Of a stretch of 64,000 bases of DNA, positions 46,769 through 56,009 are shown piece after piece (position 1 is the stretch's first letter; each line of letters begins with the position of its first letter). The position numbers and the translations under genes are program-made. Source of the DNA: Methanocaldococcus indicus (lineage in GTDB: Archaea; AGJL01; Methanococci; Methanococcales; Methanocaldococcaceae); assembly GCF_049554935.1 (NCBI RefSeq), contig NZ_CP186926.1, forward strand, positions 352,001 through 416,000. Reading direction: 5' to 3'. The notes under the pieces were generated by a model that saw only the letters and a list, made by a program, of their open reading frames with translations, was not told where the DNA came from and searched no databases.

Positions 46769-47591
46769 AAGTATCTCTTTTGTTATTGTATGGAACTGGG
46801 ATATAATAGACAGATGGTCTATTTGTCTTAGGTTGAGGATAGAGCTCTAACAATTTATATACTTTCTTTGGAACATTAGTATCAATATCTATTCCCAACT
46901 CTCTCAACTTTTTAACAGTTAAAGGATAGTCATGTGTCCATCTTCCCTCTGTTAAAATTCTTGCCAACTTTTTTGCTTTTTTATCATCAAATTTATCTTT
47001 TAATAGGTTATATACAAAATCTTCCATTTGTGAAATAGCCTTCTTAGCTATATCTACTAAAATAAGTGTTTCATCACTCAATTTTTCTCCTTTTTTATAG
47101 TATGTTTCTAATATTGATGCTGCTGGATACTGTCCAAGTTGAGGGTCAACTGGCCCAAGAACTGCATTTTTATCCATAATTATTTTATCTGCTGCCAAAG
47201 CTATTAAAGTTCCTCCACTCATTGCATAGTGTGGAACTATAACCCTTGTCTCAGCTTTATGTTCCTTTAAAGCTAAAGCTATTTGTTCAGCAGCTAATGC
47301 TATACCCCCAGGAGTATGAATAATTAAGTCAATTGGCATATCATCAGGTGTTAATCTTATAGCCCTTAAAACTTCTTCACTATCCTCAATAGTTATATAT
47401 CTATAAATAGGAATTCCAAACAAAGAAAGAACTTCCTGCCTATGAATCATAGCTATAACTCTACTTTTTCTCTCTTTTTCAAGTTCTTTTATACATCTCA
47501 ATCTCTTCATTATTCTATATCTCATCATCATCTCAGGATACAAAAAGAGAAAGAAAAAGAAAATAAAAAAGAAAAAGTCAAAACTTGCCAA
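46752..47591 (-). CDS. SDH-family ClpP-fold serine protease
   Basis: HTPGG, AMSGGTL, GPVDPQ, WTHDYP; N-terminal membrane anchor. Confidence 0.88.
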   Translation of the reverse strand: MASFDFFFFIFFFFLFLYPEMMMRYRIMKRLRCIKELEKERKSRVIAMIHRQEVLSLFGIPIYRYITIEDSEEVLRAIRLTPDDMPIDLIIHTPGGIALAAEQIALALKEHKAETRVIVPHYAMSGGTLIALAADKIIMDKNAVLGPVDPQLGQYPAASILETYYKKGEKLSDETLILVDIAKKAISQMEDFVYNLLKDKFDDKKAKKLARILTEGRWTHDYPLTVKKLRELGIDIDTNVPKKVYKLLELYPQPKTNRPSVYYIPVPYNNKRDTYENKN

Positions 47592-47602
47592 TTATCTCAC
47601 CT

Positions 47603-47800
47603 TTATTTTAAGCTAACTGATATAACATAGTATATAATAATTAGAATAGCTATACCTAAAAACATATAGTTTAATCTCATCATTCTTTTTCTTCTTTTTA
47701 TATACTCTAATCTACACTTTTCAGAACAAAAAAGTTGGTCTGGGGGAATAGATATACCACAATTTAAACAATGTCTATGTTTCTCAACCATAACAATCAC
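47603..47800 (-). CDS. DUF2116 Zn-ribbon membrane protein
   Basis: HRHCLNCG.SIPP...FCS.KC plus C-terminal TM helix. Confidence 0.87.
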   Translation of the reverse strand: MIVMVEKHRHCLNCGISIPPDQLFCSEKCRLEYIKRRKRMMRLNYMFLGIAILIIIYYVISVSLK

Positions 47801-48471
47801 TCAATAACTGTTCCATCACTTTCTCCTTTAACAGCTTTTAATAGTTCTTCTGGTTCTCCTTTTACAACAACTGTCTTTATTTTAGCCCTTTCAATAATTT
47901 TAGCAGCTAAAGGGTCAATAACAGAAGAACTTCCAGCTTTCAGGGAAGAGGAAATAGCAATATTAACAAGTTCTTCAAAACTCAACTTACTGTATTTTTT
48001 AGCATCTTTAAATTTTTTTGGGTCTTTGTTATAGACACCATCAACATTAGTCCCAATAACTAACAAATCAGCATTAATAAACTCTGCTAATCCAGCAGCA
48101 ACTGCATCAGTTGTATGAGCTGGATGAGTTCCTCCTAACACAGGAATTTTTCCAGTAGATAAGATTATTTCAGCTTCTTCAAAATTTGTAGGAATCTTTT
48201 TTATACTATAATCATTTAGAGCAATAGCCAATATTAATGCATTTAATCTTGTAGAAAGTATTCCCAAAGTATCACACAGAGAATCATTAGCATTTAACTC
48301 TCTTGCTAATCTTATATAATCTCTTGCTGTCTTTCCTCCACCTACAACAATAGCAATCTCATGACCTTCATCTTTTAATTTTTTAAAAACCTTTGCATAT
48401 TCTTTTATCTTTTCTGATGATGGATTTTCAGGCATTATAACAGAGCCACCTAAATCAAAAACTATCCTCAA
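47797..48471 (-). CDS. pyrH: Uridylate kinase
   Basis: LGGS, VVGGG..AR, GGTHPAHTTD, NVDGVY..DP. Confidence 0.94.
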   Translation of the reverse strand: MRIVFDLGGSVIMPENPSSEKIKEYAKVFKKLKDEGHEIAIVVGGGKTARDYIRLARELNANDSLCDTLGILSTRLNALILAIALNDYSIKKIPTNFEEAEIILSTGKIPVLGGTHPAHTTDAVAAGLAEFINADLLVIGTNVDGVYNKDPKKFKDAKKYSKLSFEELVNIAISSSLKAGSSSVIDPLAAKIIERAKIKTVVVKGEPEELLKAVKGESDGTVIE

Positions 48472-48559
48472 TGTTTCACCTTATAATAATCCTTAGTTTC
48501 TTTTTATTATAAAATGGTTTAGAACTTTTAATATATTTACTTTGTAATAATTTATATAT

Positions 48560-49003
48560 TTGGATAACAATTATCACGCTAAAAATTTTTATTTTTTGAT
48601 TTTATTGGGTTTTAGTTGATTATTTTCAATTTAGAGGATTTTTAGGGAAATTCAGAGGGGTCTGTATTTTGAATATTTTATATATTCTAATTATATAATC
48701 TATTGAGATTTTTAGGTGTTTTATGTCGTTCCTTTTAATATTTGAAAATCTCCAATAAATAGAGTTGATTTTTTAATATAAAAAATTTTTAATTGAAAAA
48801 TATGGAATAGAAAGATTTTTATAAAAGTTCAAAGGTATATAAATGAATAGGGAAACCTACCCTTCAAAAAATTTTTATGTAGAAAAGCTTATATATGAGA
48901 AGGTCGTTAATGTTATTATGTCTAAAATGTGCCAATAAGCCCTTTTTGTTTCATAAATATTTTTAGAGAATGTCGTTAATGTTATTATGTCTAAAATGTG
49001 CCC
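48560..49003 (+). promoter_or_regulatory. CRISPR leader with BRE/TATA-like element
   Basis: Long AT-rich non-coding stretch abutting repeat 1; GAAAAGCTTATATA near 48882-48895; left boundary approximate. Confidence 0.7.
48903..49002 (+). repeat. 31-bp direct repeat flanking a 38-bp insert at the end of the leader
   Basis: GTCGTTAATGTTATTATGTCTAAAATGTGCC at 48903-48933 and 48972-49002. Confidence 0.95.
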
Positions 49004-49367
49004 GCTAAAATCGTGCCTCTTGGAGGATGGAATTTTTATTTTAGAGTGTTTAATATATCATCTGATTACGAGCTAAAATCGTGCCTCTTGGAGGATGGAA
49101 TATTTTGCCACTTCTGAAACTCTTAACCCAAATAACCGCTAAAATCGTGCCTCTTGGAGGATGGAATTTATAATAATCATATTAAGAAGATGCAGAAGAA
49201 TGTCTTAAAAATGCAGAGTACTTGGAGGATGGAATTTATAATAATCATATTCTTCCTTTTTCTCCCATGCTAAAATCGTGCCTCTTGGAGGATGGAAACT
49301 TTTTTATTAAATTTATAGGATGTGGAGTTAGATTTGCGCTAAAATCGTGCCTCTTGGAGGATGAAAA
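49004..49367 (+). CRISPR. CRISPR array, 5 full repeats plus one partial repeat; no cas genes in window
   Basis: About 30-bp repeat GCTAAAATCGTGCCTCTTGGAGGATGGAA(T/A) at 49004, 49072, 49138, 49269, 49338 (last degenerate); half repeat at 49221; internal hairpin CCTC-TTG-GAGG; spacers of 33-39 bp. Confidence 0.95.
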
Positions 49368-49406
49368 TCACTTTTTTTTATTTTAAAAAAACAAATGTGA
49401 GTATAA

Positions 49407-50045
49407 ATGAAAGTTGCTATTTTATCAGAAGGTAAATATGGATTGAGAGCATATAATAACATTAAAGAGAAATTTCCTACTGATTTTTTAATTGTGAAGT
49501 ATTATGGAGATGTTGATATAGAGATTGATAAAGATATTATTAAAAAATTAAAAGATTATGATTTATTTATTTTATATTTAAATCCAAATTTATCCTATGA
49601 GATTGTTGAAAAAATTAAAAAACTAAATCCAAAAGCTTATGTTATATTAGGATTTTGGGGTGGAGAAGGTTTTAAGAGGCAAATTGAAAAGTTTGGTAAT
49701 TGTATAGCTCCTAAACTTTTATGTGAGTTAGATGAAGAATATTTAAAGAACTATATTGATAAGTATCCTCAACTAAAAGAGTTTTTAAAATACTTTGGAA
49801 AGCCAAAAATAGAAGTGAAACTTAAAGATAATAAAATAGTTGATTATATAGTAATTAGGGACTCTATTTGTGGCTCTGCCAAGGAAGTTATTAAAGAGTT
49901 TTTAGGTAAAGAGTTTAATAAGATAGATTTAGGTTTGAGATTACAACATTTCTGTGTTGCTGGAAAATGTGACATTTTTAAAAAAGAAGAGAGTAAAAAA
50001 GCAAAAGCTGGAAAAATTTTTGTTGAAAATATAGAGACTGTTTAA
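49407..50045 (+). CDS. DUF166-family protein
   Basis: GKYG.RA, P..LCEL, FGKP, V.R.S.CGS, LQHFC. Confidence 0.75.
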   Translation: MKVAILSEGKYGLRAYNNIKEKFPTDFLIVKYYGDVDIEIDKDIIKKLKDYDLFILYLNPNLSYEIVEKIKKLNPKAYVILGFWGGEGFKRQIEKFGNCIAPKLLCELDEEYLKNYIDKYPQLKEFLKYFGKPKIEVKLKDNKIVDYIVIRDSICGSAKEVIKEFLGKEFNKIDLGLRLQHFCVAGKCDIFKKEESKKAKAGKIFVENIETV

Positions 50046-50761
50046 GATACAACAATATATTTAATTACTTGTTTTATAACATCTAAAATCTTTTTTGTTG
50101 TTATATATGATATAGCTTCATCATGATACTCTATATCTACATACTCCTCCAAAATTTTAGCTCTTCTTTTAGCTAACTGAATAGCTACTAAATGCTCCAC
50201 AGCATAACCTTCTCCAAAATACATATCTCTTAAAAATTCAGCTTTGATAACTCTAAAACCACACTGTATATCTCTAAAAATATAAATTTTTTTTACATAA
50301 AGGGATATCAGTAAAGATATTAAGAGAGAAGCTAAAAAATTAGAAATCTGCCTATAAAAAGGAATATTTTTATATCTTCTAATACCAAAAACTGCATCTG
50401 CATCTTTTATTTTACTTAAAAGCTTTGGAATATCTTTTGGCTTATGCTGATAGTCCCCATCCATAAAAACTATATATTCATATCCCAAGGATAATGCTAA
50501 ATTAACACCTTTCTCAATACTCTTAGCTTTTCCAAAATTTTTTTTATTTTTTAATAAGAAAACCTTTATTTTAGAGTTTTTTTTATAATCTTCAACTACT
50601 TTATAAGTTTTATCTTTTGAGCCATCATCTACAACTATAACATCTATCTTAATCTTTTCTAAATCATTTAAAACTTTTAAAATATTTTTTTCTTCATTGT
50701 ATGCTGGAATTACAACAACTGCCTTATGTGGTATATTCTGCATTGATTTTGACATATTCAT
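50042..50761 (-). CDS. Glycosyltransferase family 2
   Basis: VIPAYNEE, VDDGS.D, DGDYQH, DIQCGFR. Confidence 0.9.
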   Translation of the reverse strand: MNMSKSMQNIPHKAVVVIPAYNEEKNILKVLNDLEKIKIDVIVVDDGSKDKTYKVVEDYKKNSKIKVFLLKNKKNFGKAKSIEKGVNLALSLGYEYIVFMDGDYQHKPKDIPKLLSKIKDADAVFGIRRYKNIPFYRQISNFLASLLISLLISLYVKKIYIFRDIQCGFRVIKAEFLRDMYFGEGYAVEHLVAIQLAKRRAKILEEYVDIEYHDEAISYITTKKILDVIKQVIKYIVVS

Positions 50762-51890
50762 AACTTAAATCACAGCCATAGAATTTTTCCTCAACATCAC
50801 CAACTTTTAAGTCAATAATTATCTTAATTTTTTTATTTTTTATTATGTTTTCAGCTTTTTTTAGTATTTCTCCCCCAACTGCCAATGGCTCATTATTTTT
50901 AACTAAATAAACATCTTCTTTATAGTTAGAGAGAATAATATCAATATCTTTAAAATCTGCCCCACTGTATCCAACAGCTGCTAAAATTCTTCCCCAATTT
51001 GGGTCATTACCAAAAAGAGCTGTTTTAACTAAAAGGGAATTAATAACTGCTTTTCCAGCTTTTTTAGCATCATCTACATTTTTAGCATTTTTTATAACAA
51101 CTTCTACCAACTTAGTTGCTCCTTCACCATCTTCAACTATCTTCTTAGCTAAATAGTCCATAATTTCATATAAAGCTTTTTTAAATTCTTCTTTACATTC
51201 ATTATAATCAATTCCACACTCTCCATTAGCTAAAATAAAAACTGTATCATTTGTTGATGTATCCCCATCCACAGAGATGTTATTAAATGTCTTATTTACA
51301 CATTCATCAGTAACCTCTTTTAATTCCTCTCTGTCTATCTTTAAGTCAGTTATAATGAAGCATAACATAGTTGCCATATTTGGATGTATCATACCAGCTC
51401 CTTTTGCTATTCCTAAAATTTTAACCTCTTTACCATTAATATTTAAGCTCTTAGCTATATACTTAGGAAACTTATCTGTTGTCATTATAGCCTTAGCAGT
51501 ATTCTCAACATTACTCTCCTTCTTAACTAAATTAGAAACTCTATAAACTAAATCTTTTAATTTTTCAATATTTGCATCTCTACCAATAACTCCTGTTGAA
51601 GCTATTAATACATCATCTTCATTAACATCTAAATATTTTGAAACATCTTTTATCATTTCCTTACATGCCAATAAACCATTTTTGTTGTAACAGTTTGCAT
51701 TACCACTATTTGCAACTATAACTCTAAATTTGTCCTTCTTTTTTATTAACTCTTGAGAAATTAAAACAGGATAAGCCTTTACTCTATTTTGTGTAAAAAC
51801 TCCATAACCTACTGCCTCTTTTTCAGAGTAAATTATTGATAAACCATAATCTTCTTTAATTCCATTCAATTTAAAACCTTTTGGAATCAT
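50724..51890 (-). CDS. argJ: Ornithine acetyltransferase ArgJ
   Basis: NSGNAN, STGVIG, AKGAGMIHPNMAT, DGDTSTND, DGEGATK. Confidence 0.96.
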   Translation of the reverse strand: MIPKGFKLNGIKEDYGLSIIYSEKEAVGYGVFTQNRVKAYPVLISQELIKKKDKFRVIVANSGNANCYNKNGLLACKEMIKDVSKYLDVNEDDVLIASTGVIGRDANIEKLKDLVYRVSNLVKKESNVENTAKAIMTTDKFPKYIAKSLNINGKEVKILGIAKGAGMIHPNMATMLCFIITDLKIDREELKEVTDECVNKTFNNISVDGDTSTNDTVFILANGECGIDYNECKEEFKKALYEIMDYLAKKIVEDGEGATKLVEVVIKNAKNVDDAKKAGKAVINSLLVKTALFGNDPNWGRILAAVGYSGADFKDIDIILSNYKEDVYLVKNNEPLAVGGEILKKAENIIKNKKIKIIIDLKVGDVEEKFYGCDLSYEYVKINAEYTT

Positions 51891-52327
51891 TCTTTCTTAA
51901 CCTCCATTAGAGCTATTTTTTCTAAAACTCTCTCAACAGTAGAACCATATCCTTTAATTTTGAATATATTTCTTATAGCCTTTTCTTTTTCTTCATTTAA
52001 ATCTAAAACAGAGTTATCTACTTCTCCACCAACAATATTATGGATTTTTTTAAATGTTTCTTCATCTTTACAAACAACACATATATCTCCATCTTTTGCT
52101 CCAAATATCCTTATTGCTTCATTTATCTGCCTTCTCCCAGAAGCTCTTACTAATATCTCCATCCAAAAATCTTTTGCTATATTTTTTTTAGTTTTTGCTT
52201 GATATATAGCTTGTAAGATATGCCTCTCTGTCGCTATAAATTTTGCATTTAAAAGTTGTTTCTCCTTTATATTAAATACTTCATCTTTTATTTTAGCCCC
52301 TCTTATTCCTCTAATTATCATACTCAT
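51887..52327 (-). CDS. cgi121: KEOPS complex subunit Cgi121
   Basis: EILVRASGRRQINEAI..FG, VLEKIAL. Confidence 0.88.
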   Translation of the reverse strand: MSMIIRGIRGAKIKDEVFNIKEKQLLNAKFIATERHILQAIYQAKTKKNIAKDFWMEILVRASGRRQINEAIRIFGAKDGDICVVCKDEETFKKIHNIVGGEVDNSVLDLNEEKEKAIRNIFKIKGYGSTVERVLEKIALMEVKKE

Positions 52328-53089
52328 TCACATTTTTATATTTAAATTATTCTCATCAACTATTTTAACATCTTTCAAACTTTTTAAACCAAAGTTTTTG
52401 GCAGTTTTTTCTATACCAAGTTCTTTATCAGTATTTACATAAACAACATAAGCATCTAACTCCTTAATTCCTAAGTTATAGGCAGCAACTGCTCTATGAT
52501 GCCCATCCACTAAAATATATTTATCATTATTATTTCTTTTAATTACAATTATTGGCTCAGCTAAACCTTTTTTTATCTCATAGATTCTACCTAAGTATTC
52601 ATCATAATCTATCTTATTTTGAGTAGGGAGAAGTTTCTCAACTTCAACCTTTTTCCTTTCAACTTTCACATCATAACCCAATGTTTTATATGTCTTTATT
52701 ATATTTTCTAATTTTTTTGGTGTTGTTTTTTCTATTTGAGACCTAATAACATCCATATTGGATATAATTCCCAATAAATTGTTATTTTCATCTACAACAG
52801 GTAGTTTTGAAAAACCAGTTCTAAACATAATCCTTCCAACATTCATAATATTTTCATTTGGATGTGTTACAACCATATTCTCTCTTTTTGTCATTATATT
52901 CTCAACTTTTTCATTTTCATCCACTCCTACAATATCTCTAACTGAAACTATTCCAACTAACTTACCATCCTCCACAACAGGAAAAGAGCCATGTTTTGTC
53001 TTTTTTATTAGTTCAATGACATCTTTAACAGTATCATCTTTTGATAGTGTATAAACCTTTTTTGTCATATACTCATAAACCTTTGTCAT
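52328..53089 (-). CDS. CBS pair + ParB/Srx-like domain protein
   Basis: Two CBS motifs then PTQ...EPIIV...LVDGHHR. Confidence 0.87.
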   Translation of the reverse strand: MTKVYEYMTKKVYTLSKDDTVKDVIELIKKTKHGSFPVVEDGKLVGIVSVRDIVGVDENEKVENIMTKRENMVVTHPNENIMNVGRIMFRTGFSKLPVVDENNNLLGIISNMDVIRSQIEKTTPKKLENIIKTYKTLGYDVKVERKKVEVEKLLPTQNKIDYDEYLGRIYEIKKGLAEPIIVIKRNNNDKYILVDGHHRAVAAYNLGIKELDAYVVYVNTDKELGIEKTAKNFGLKSLKDVKIVDENNLNIKM

Positions 53090-54231
53090 AATAATTCCTC
53101 ATTTATTTTTTCTTTAACAATATTATAAATCTCTCTAATAGTTAAATTATACTTTTTAGATAATTTTTTTAGGTCTTCAAATTCAGGTTTTATGTTGATT
53201 ATTTCATTATCTATACATGAAACTTTAATTCTAACATTTTCATCTAACACTTTTATTGTTTTTGTATATCTATCAGCCTTAAATCTATCTGAATAAAAAA
53301 CTCTAACTCCAATAGTCCCTGTTTCTTTCATTATCTTTTTTGCTGTTTCATAAGCTTTTTCTCTACTAACTATTGCTCTAATAATATATCCTGGCCTATT
53401 TTTTTTCATATATGTAGGAATAAAATGCAAATCTTTAACATCTAAAACCTCAAACAAGTTCCCTAAAATTTCTCCTGTTGTGTCATCAACATTACTCTCT
53501 AAGATTGCAACTTTTTCAATATTTTCCTTTTTAATTTTAAAAACTCTTAAAACATTTGGAATATCTAAATCTTTCTCTCCTGCACCATAAGAAACTTTTA
53601 ATATTTCAAAATCCCCACTTATTATCTTAGGATTTATATATTTTATTATAACAGCTCCTGTAGGTGTTGTTAGTTCCCCAAAATTTTTGTCTGAAAAGAA
53701 TACTTTAAAATTTTTTAAGAGCTCTGCAACAGCAGGAGGAGGAACTGGGTAAGTTCCATGCTCAATATCTATGAAACCATTTCCTAAGTTTATTGGTCTA
53801 TAAAAAGAATTATCTTTTAAGTTCAATTTATTTATAATATAGCTTGCCCCTACTAAATCCACAACAGTGTCATAACTTGCCAATTCATGGAAATGAACAT
53901 CTTCCAAATCAACATTATGAATTTTACTTTCAACCTCAGCTAAGGTTTTTAGCATAGTTAGAGATGTCTTTTTTATATTATTTTCAATATTTGAATTTTT
54001 TATTAAATTATATATTTCTTTATAGTTGTAGTTCCATTCATCATAATAATTAATTATTAGTTTATTAGCCAAAATCCCTCTCTTATTTACTTTTACAATC
54101 TCTAAATCAACATCTACAACTTTTTTTATTGTTAAAAATAGTTCTTCTTTATCTATATAATCACAAAAAGCTGAAATAAACATATCTCCACTAATACCAC
54201 AAAATGGGTCAATTATAAACATAACATTCAC
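53086..54231 (-). CDS. larC: Nickel insertion protein LarC family
   Basis: GISGDM, VHFHE, HG.YPVP.PA, ELTTPTGA, MKKNRPG, ETGTIGVR, KPEFED. Confidence 0.9.
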   Translation of the reverse strand: MNVMFIIDPFCGISGDMFISAFCDYIDKEELFLTIKKVVDVDLEIVKVNKRGILANKLIINYYDEWNYNYKEIYNLIKNSNIENNIKKTSLTMLKTLAEVESKIHNVDLEDVHFHELASYDTVVDLVGASYIINKLNLKDNSFYRPINLGNGFIDIEHGTYPVPPPAVAELLKNFKVFFSDKNFGELTTPTGAVIIKYINPKIISGDFEILKVSYGAGEKDLDIPNVLRVFKIKKENIEKVAILESNVDDTTGEILGNLFEVLDVKDLHFIPTYMKKNRPGYIIRAIVSREKAYETAKKIMKETGTIGVRVFYSDRFKADRYTKTIKVLDENVRIKVSCIDNEIINIKPEFEDLKKLSKKYNLTIREIYNIVKEKINEELL

Positions 54232-54305
54232 ACTGAAATAAATAATTTTTAATAATTATTTTTATAATAATTTTATATGATTTTTTATTTTTAGTGTGAT
54301 ATAGT

Positions 54306-56009
54306 ATGTTATGGAAGGATGTATGTGAAATTTTTAGAAATATAGAAAATACTACCAAGAGATTAGAAAAAAGAGCACAATTTATTAAGTTAATTGACAA
54401 AGTAAAGAATCCAGAGGATTTAAAGAGGATATGTTATATTACTATTGGAAGAGTTTTTCCAGAGTGGGATGAGAAGGAGTTAGGAGTTGGAGAGAAACTT
54501 TTAATAAATGCAATAGTCTCATCAGGAATAAATAAGGATAAACTCTTAAAAGCTATTCATGAGACAGGAGATATAGGATTAGCAGTTGAAAAATTAAAAA
54601 AAGAGAAGAAGGGAACAAATCTACTATTTTATCAACCTCTAACAGTTGAAGATGTTTATAAAACATTAAAAAGAGTTGCAGAAATTGAAGGAGAAGGTTC
54701 TCAAAAGAAAAAATTAAGGTTAATAAGTAGTTTATTTGTTAGAGCTAATCCTTTGGAAAGTAGATACTTAGCAAGGTTAATTTTAGGAGATATGAGAATA
54801 GGAATGAATGTTCCAACTATATTGGAAGCACTCTCAATATATTACAATGTTCCAAAGGAAAAGTTAGAGAAGATTTACTCTGTTGTTAATGATATTGGAT
54901 TATTAGCTGAAAAGTTGGCTAAAAATGAATTAGATGAATCTTTAACTATTCAAGTTTTTAGACCAATAAAACCAATGTTGGCTCAACTAACTCCATCAAT
55001 TGAAGAAGCTCTCTTAGAGATGGGAACAGCTCAGTTTGAAACTAAGTATGATGGTGCAAGAGTGCAAATACACAAAAAAGATGATAAAGTCAAAATTTAC
55101 AGTAGAAGGTTGGAAGATATAACTAACTCTCTTCCTGAGATTGTTAATGAGTTTAAAAAGCTTCCTGGAGAGTTTATAGTAGAAGGTGAATGTGTAGCTA
55201 TTCAGGAAGGTAGGCCAAGACCTTTCCAAGATATTTTAAGAAGGATTAAAAGAAAGTATGACATACATAAAATTTCAAAGGAAATAAATTTAAGAGTTTA
55301 TTTATTTGATATTCTCTATAAAGATGGAAAGTCCTATATTGATATACCTTTTAAAGATAGAAGAAAAGCATTAGAAGAGTTTGTAGGTTATGAGAATGAT
55401 TGGAAGAAAGACAGAGAAAAGATTGAAAAAGAGCTTAAAGAACACAAAATAATTGATATATCTTATAAGTTAGTTACTAATAAAGTGGATGAGGCAAGAG
55501 AATTCTACAATTGGAGTTTAGATATAGGACATGAGGGAGTTATGATTAAAAATTTAAAAGCTCCTTATACTCCTGGAAGTAGAGTTAGAACAATGTATAA
55601 GTTTAAACCAACATTGGAGAATTTGGATGTTGTTATTATAAAAGCTAAGAAAGGTATGGGTAAGAGAAAAGATTGGTATGGCTCTTTTGAAATTGCTGTA
55701 AGAGATGAAGAAGGGAATCTCTATTCTATTGGACATGTTGGAACTGGATTAAGTGAGGAAGATTTAGAGATGTTAAAAAAGGAAATTGATAAAATTATAT
55801 TAGAGGATTTAGGAGATGAAGTAGTAGTAAAGCCAGAGATTGTTTTAGAGGTTGCTTATGAAGAGATACAGAAATCTGATAAGTATAAAGGAGGATATGC
55901 TCTAAGATTTCCGAGAGTTGTAAGATTTAGATTTGATAAAGGGAAAGATGATATAAACACATTGGATGATGTAAAACAGATATATGAAATTCAGAGGAGT
56001 AGGAAATGA
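54306..56009 (+). CDS. lig: ATP-dependent DNA ligase
   Basis: KYDGAR, EGVMIK, LRFPR. Confidence 0.97.
   Translation: MLWKDVCEIFRNIENTTKRLEKRAQFIKLIDKVKNPEDLKRICYITIGRVFPEWDEKELGVGEKLLINAIVSSGINKDKLLKAIHETGDIGLAVEKLKKEKKGTNLLFYQPLTVEDVYKTLKRVAEIEGEGSQKKKLRLISSLFVRANPLESRYLARLILGDMRIGMNVPTILEALSIYYNVPKEKLEKIYSVVNDIGLLAEKLAKNELDESLTIQVFRPIKPMLAQLTPSIEEALLEMGTAQFETKYDGARVQIHKKDDKVKIYSRRLEDITNSLPEIVNEFKKLPGEFIVEGECVAIQEGRPRPFQDILRRIKRKYDIHKISKEINLRVYLFDILYKDGKSYIDIPFKDRRKALEEFVGYENDWKKDREKIEKELKEHKIIDISYKLVTNKVDEAREFYNWSLDIGHEGVMIKNLKAPYTPGSRVRTMYKFKPTLENLDVVIIKAKKGMGKRKDWYGSFEIAVRDEEGNLYSIGHVGTGLSEEDLEMLKKEIDKIILEDLGDEVVVKPEIVLEVAYEEIQKSDKYKGGYALRFPRVVRFRFDKGKDDINTLDDVKQIYEIQRSRK

Noticed and set aside
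48480-48900. Long intergenic region as a replication origin or hidden gene
   Set aside because: No cdc6 or recognisable ORB repeats and no credible ORF; explained by the pyrH promoter and CRISPR leader.
52328-53089. ParB-like domain as a sign of a plasmid or partition system
   Set aside because: CBS-ParB/Srx fusion embedded among housekeeping genes, with no parA or mobile genes.
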